Source: Macrostomum hystrix (taxonomy: Eukaryota; Animalia; Platyhelminthes). Taken from it: 64,000 bases of DNA. Below are positions 60,638 through 64,000 of the stretch, in pieces. The notes under the pieces were generated by a model that saw nothing but the letters and a program-made list of their open reading frames with translations, was not told the origin of the DNA and did no database searches. The stretch spans positions 4,278,001 through 4,342,000 of the forward strand of contig CATNEN010000008.1 in NCBI GenBank assembly GCA_950097015.1, read 5' to 3'. A program made the translations under genes and the position numbers. Numbering within the stretch: position 1 is the stretch's first letter; every line of letters begins with the position of its first letter.

Positions 60638-62744
60638 AAACTCATGCTCCTAATAGATCGTTCTAAATTTGTATACTTTTTAGAGTCATAATTCCTTCCT
60701 TCTTGTTTTTTCTAGGCCTGACATTTTTTGCATGCTCTTTGCAAATTGATCGGTTCATTTTTATTGAAACCCGTCACATTTTCTTCTTCAAATAAGGACA
60801 CATTGGTAGGCAGACTGCACGCTGTTTCTGAGTGTCACAAAGCCACCTTATATAATTTAGTCTTTGTGGCAGGCCGACCTTAAACGAAGGCATTCGGGTC
60901 TGCAGTCCAGACACCTGATCTCTAATCACTTTGAAATCTTTAGCACGCTTGCCACGCAGGCTAACAGACCGATTACACCAGAATTGGGGGCGGGAACACT
61001 ATGGGGAATAGGAAGTGTTCTTGGGTGGGATATTTAGCACCTTCACCAGCCGCAGCGGGGAGCCCAGTCTCCTCAGCCTTCAGCCCAGACGCTATATGGG
61101 AATTCTCACCTTGACACTGATGCAAAGCCAAACTGATCTTCATCTTTTAGACACTGGCTAAAATGGCCCCGCTAGGCCGGTGATAAGCATCAATGATTTA
61201 CCTGGACATTGGGAAAAATCATTGCTATCGAGCTGCAAGTGGAAAAGCTTTCAAGTGGGAGGACACACTTGGCTGAAAATCGTCATCTTTTTGAAATCTG
61301 AAATTGCTTGGCATTCCTGCACGCGCGCTGTTTGCCTGTCTGACAAGAAGTCTTCCTGTTCTTTGCGAATTCATTCACTAATGTAGAAATATCAAAGAAC
61401 CTGGGAGTGTGTGAATTAGTTGAAAAAGTGCAAATGATATGAATAATATTATTAGAAATACTTAGAATTTTGTAGATTGTGGAGAAAATGCACCGGTAGA
61501 TTTTTCCAGTGGTTTGTAGCGAATATTTCTTACAGAAATGAAAGCACATCCAATTTTGCTTTCGTGGTCTAAATACATGAAAATGTTTCTCCAATCTCTT
61601 TTATGTTTGCCGCTCTGCAATTGAAAATTTCCTTCTTCTTAATTAGAAGATCTTTTTTCTGCCGAAAAAAGCTGATTGGGGAGAATATTAAAGTGGGAGG
61701 AATGTAGTTGCAGGTTGTTAATAAGACCGAATAATTCCTTTGTCCCCTGATGAAGCTGCCCTGGTGTATAGGGGTGTTAAACAACTGATTTGTACCGAAA
61801 GTTACGAAAGAAGAAATCGATTTCTTCTTTGAAATCAAAGCAGAAATCAAATTTTGGCACCGTCTGTTCCTAACACCGCTGAAGTGTGTTCTGTGCTTAA
61901 TAGCTGTATAGGATGTGCAATAAAAATCTAGCATAAGTCTCATATTTCGCAATGAATTTGGCGAAATCCCATCTAGAATAAAGTGGGGATTTAGAATAAG
62001 AGAAGACTCGAGATTTGCCGTCTTAAACCAGAACTGCAGTTGCTATGCTCAAGTCTAATGGCGGCGTCACTTTGAGCACAATGCAGTCCTATTCTCGAAT
62101 AATTATAAATCACAAATCACAGGAGGCAGTTTGACAAGTGCTCTTATAAACTTATCCTACACAAGTTACGAGTGATTTCGCCAGCATTTTAAGTTTAAAA
62201 CACACTTATAAAATACGACAATGAAAACTCACCGATTCATTGTGCAATGTCGCATTGTCAACCAAGCAATCCTATTGACGGCGAGGAGTTAGATTTTCAT
62301 GGGAGCACTGCACAACACGCCAGCTAGGAATGACTGCAAGGGTTTCGGCCCGATCTTGCCTGGCTCCAGTCGCAGGTATTAAGCTTGCAGCAATCAGCGC
62401 CTACTGTATACATAGAAAGCAAAAAGGAGCATCAAGGGCTCAGTGTTGTCTCAGATAATACCTTTGCTTTCCTCTCTTCCTCCGCCTCTCTCTCTCTTTT
62501 TTGGCCGGCCCCACAAAGCATTCGGTGTTCAGAGGAGGCTAAAATGCACAGACAAAAGGCCTTCACGGGAATTGGCAAAGTGTTCGCCAAAATCAATTTC
62601 TGATGGGATAAGTTCGGGACCTCAGAGACACAGGCGGGATTTAAGCGGATTAGTGTACGATTCTTATTAACCCTTAATCTCCTTGTTCTAATTTAGATGA
62701 TTTTGTCTGCGATCTGCTAATAGCATTCATGCAGTCACATGCAG

Positions 62745-63243
62745 TCAGCCAGTTTATCTCAGTCAGTTTATCTCAGTCAGTTTATCTCAGTCAGTTTATC
62801 TCAGCTAGTTTATCTCAGTCAGTTTATCTCAGTCAGTTTATCTCAGCTAGTTTATCTCAGCTAGTTTATCTCAGCCAGTGTATCTCAGCCAGTTTATCTC
62901 AGCCAGTTTATCTCAGCCAGTTTATCTCAGCCAGTTTATCTCAGCCAGTTTATCTCAGCTAGTGTATCTCAGCCAGTGTATCTCAGCCAGTTTATCTCAG
63001 CCAGTTTATCTCAGCCAGTTTATCTCAGCCAGTTTATCTCAGCTAGTTTATCTCAGTCAGTTTATCTCAGCCAGTTTATCTCAGCCAGTTTATCTCAGCT
63101 AGTGTATCTCAGCCAGTTTATCTCAGTCAGTTTATCTCAGCCAGTTTATCTCAGCCAGTTTATCTCAGTCAGTTTATCTCAGCCAGTTTATCTCAGCCAG
63201 TTTATCTCAGCCAGTTTATCTCAGCCAGTTCATCTCAGCCAGT
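62745..63243. repeat. 14-bp minisatellite AGCCAGTTTATCTC
   Basis: About 35 copies. Confidence 0.96.
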
Positions 63244-63884
63244 GAATAACAATCAATCAAAAATAGAAGTCTTAGTCGTACAATTGTTTATGACAAACAG
63301 TTTTTCTAACTGACAGTTCAAACTAAAACTCGAACCAGTAATTGTTATTTGACAATTGTTTTCTTCCACTTTTTTCAGAATAGAAAAACGCTATCAATTG
63401 TCAATTTAGGACAATCAATCTTGATGCCACCAGTTTAGTGAAAGCAGCCATTAACCCATTCACTGATTTCGACATCATTGAACTGATGACACGGCTGATG
63501 CCACAGTCTTGGAGAATGTGACCCAATTAAAAAACGGGTTTTAAAGGAACTGCTTTGTAAGATTCGATAACTGCATTCCCAGATCCCAACAAAAGGAATC
63601 TGCGGACCTCAAACACCGCAGAAATTTCCAACCACCATCTCCCAAGCATTCCATTGTGACGTCTCGACATCTCGCTTTCCCATGATAGGCCTACACGACA
63701 GTTCTGACTGGTGTCCCTCGCTGCAGCTGTCCGTCAGTCAGTCTCATCTGGCAGTCTCTGATGTGGATGGCTTGATGGTGGATATAGATGAACAAGGCAG
63801 AGACGGATGGTCGTTTTATCATACTAAATTAGGATAAAAGCCTCTACAGTTGTAAATTCAATTCTAACTATAGCAGGTGAATTA

Positions 63885-64000
63885 CAGAGGGAGAGAAGAG
63901 AGGGAGAGAAGTAGAGAGGGAGAGAAATAGAGAGTGAGGGAAGTAGAGAGGGAGAGAAGTAGAGAGGGAGAAGTAGAGAGGGAGAGAAGTAGAGAGGGAG
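63885..64000. repeat. 16-bp purine repeat AGAGAGGGAGAGAAGT (runs off the window)
   Basis: Direct reading. Confidence 0.9.

Overview
Eukaryotic (animal) genomic DNA with GC-rich exons full of poly-Ala/Gln/Gly tracts and AT-rich introns packed with minisatellites. This style suggests a macrostomid flatworm such as Macrostomum (inference from composition, not proven). Three multi-exon genes lie in tandem on the minus strand. (1) A very large phospholipase C epsilon (about 14-29798, 24 exons whose phases I checked by hand, roughly 3,200 aa) has RasGEF, PH, EF, X, Y, C2 and two RA domains. It also carries an unexpected FERM-like module and a helical N-terminal region; upstream ankyrin-repeat exons (about 33830-35164) may be its N-terminus. 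(2) A peroxisomal carnitine O-octanoyltransferase (CROT; 39689-46218, 4 exons, 646 aa, C-terminal ARL). (3) A FoxC forkhead gene (49624-54156, 3 exons, 610 aa). Mobile DNA comprises an intact DD34D mariner with perfect 30-bp TIRs, a tRNA-derived SINE family (one full copy with a 13-bp TSD and two inverted pairs of fragments), a CORE-like SINE and a decayed RNase H-bearing LINE. About 30 distinct tandem repeats are present. The most intriguing signals are an HDV-ribozyme-identical 14-mer inside the SINE, a perfect RFX X-box plus TATA inside the PLC 5' region, and complementary (GGGAT)n/(ATCCC)n arrays at the two ends of one intron. Most ORF-track entries are shadow ORFs or repeat translations.
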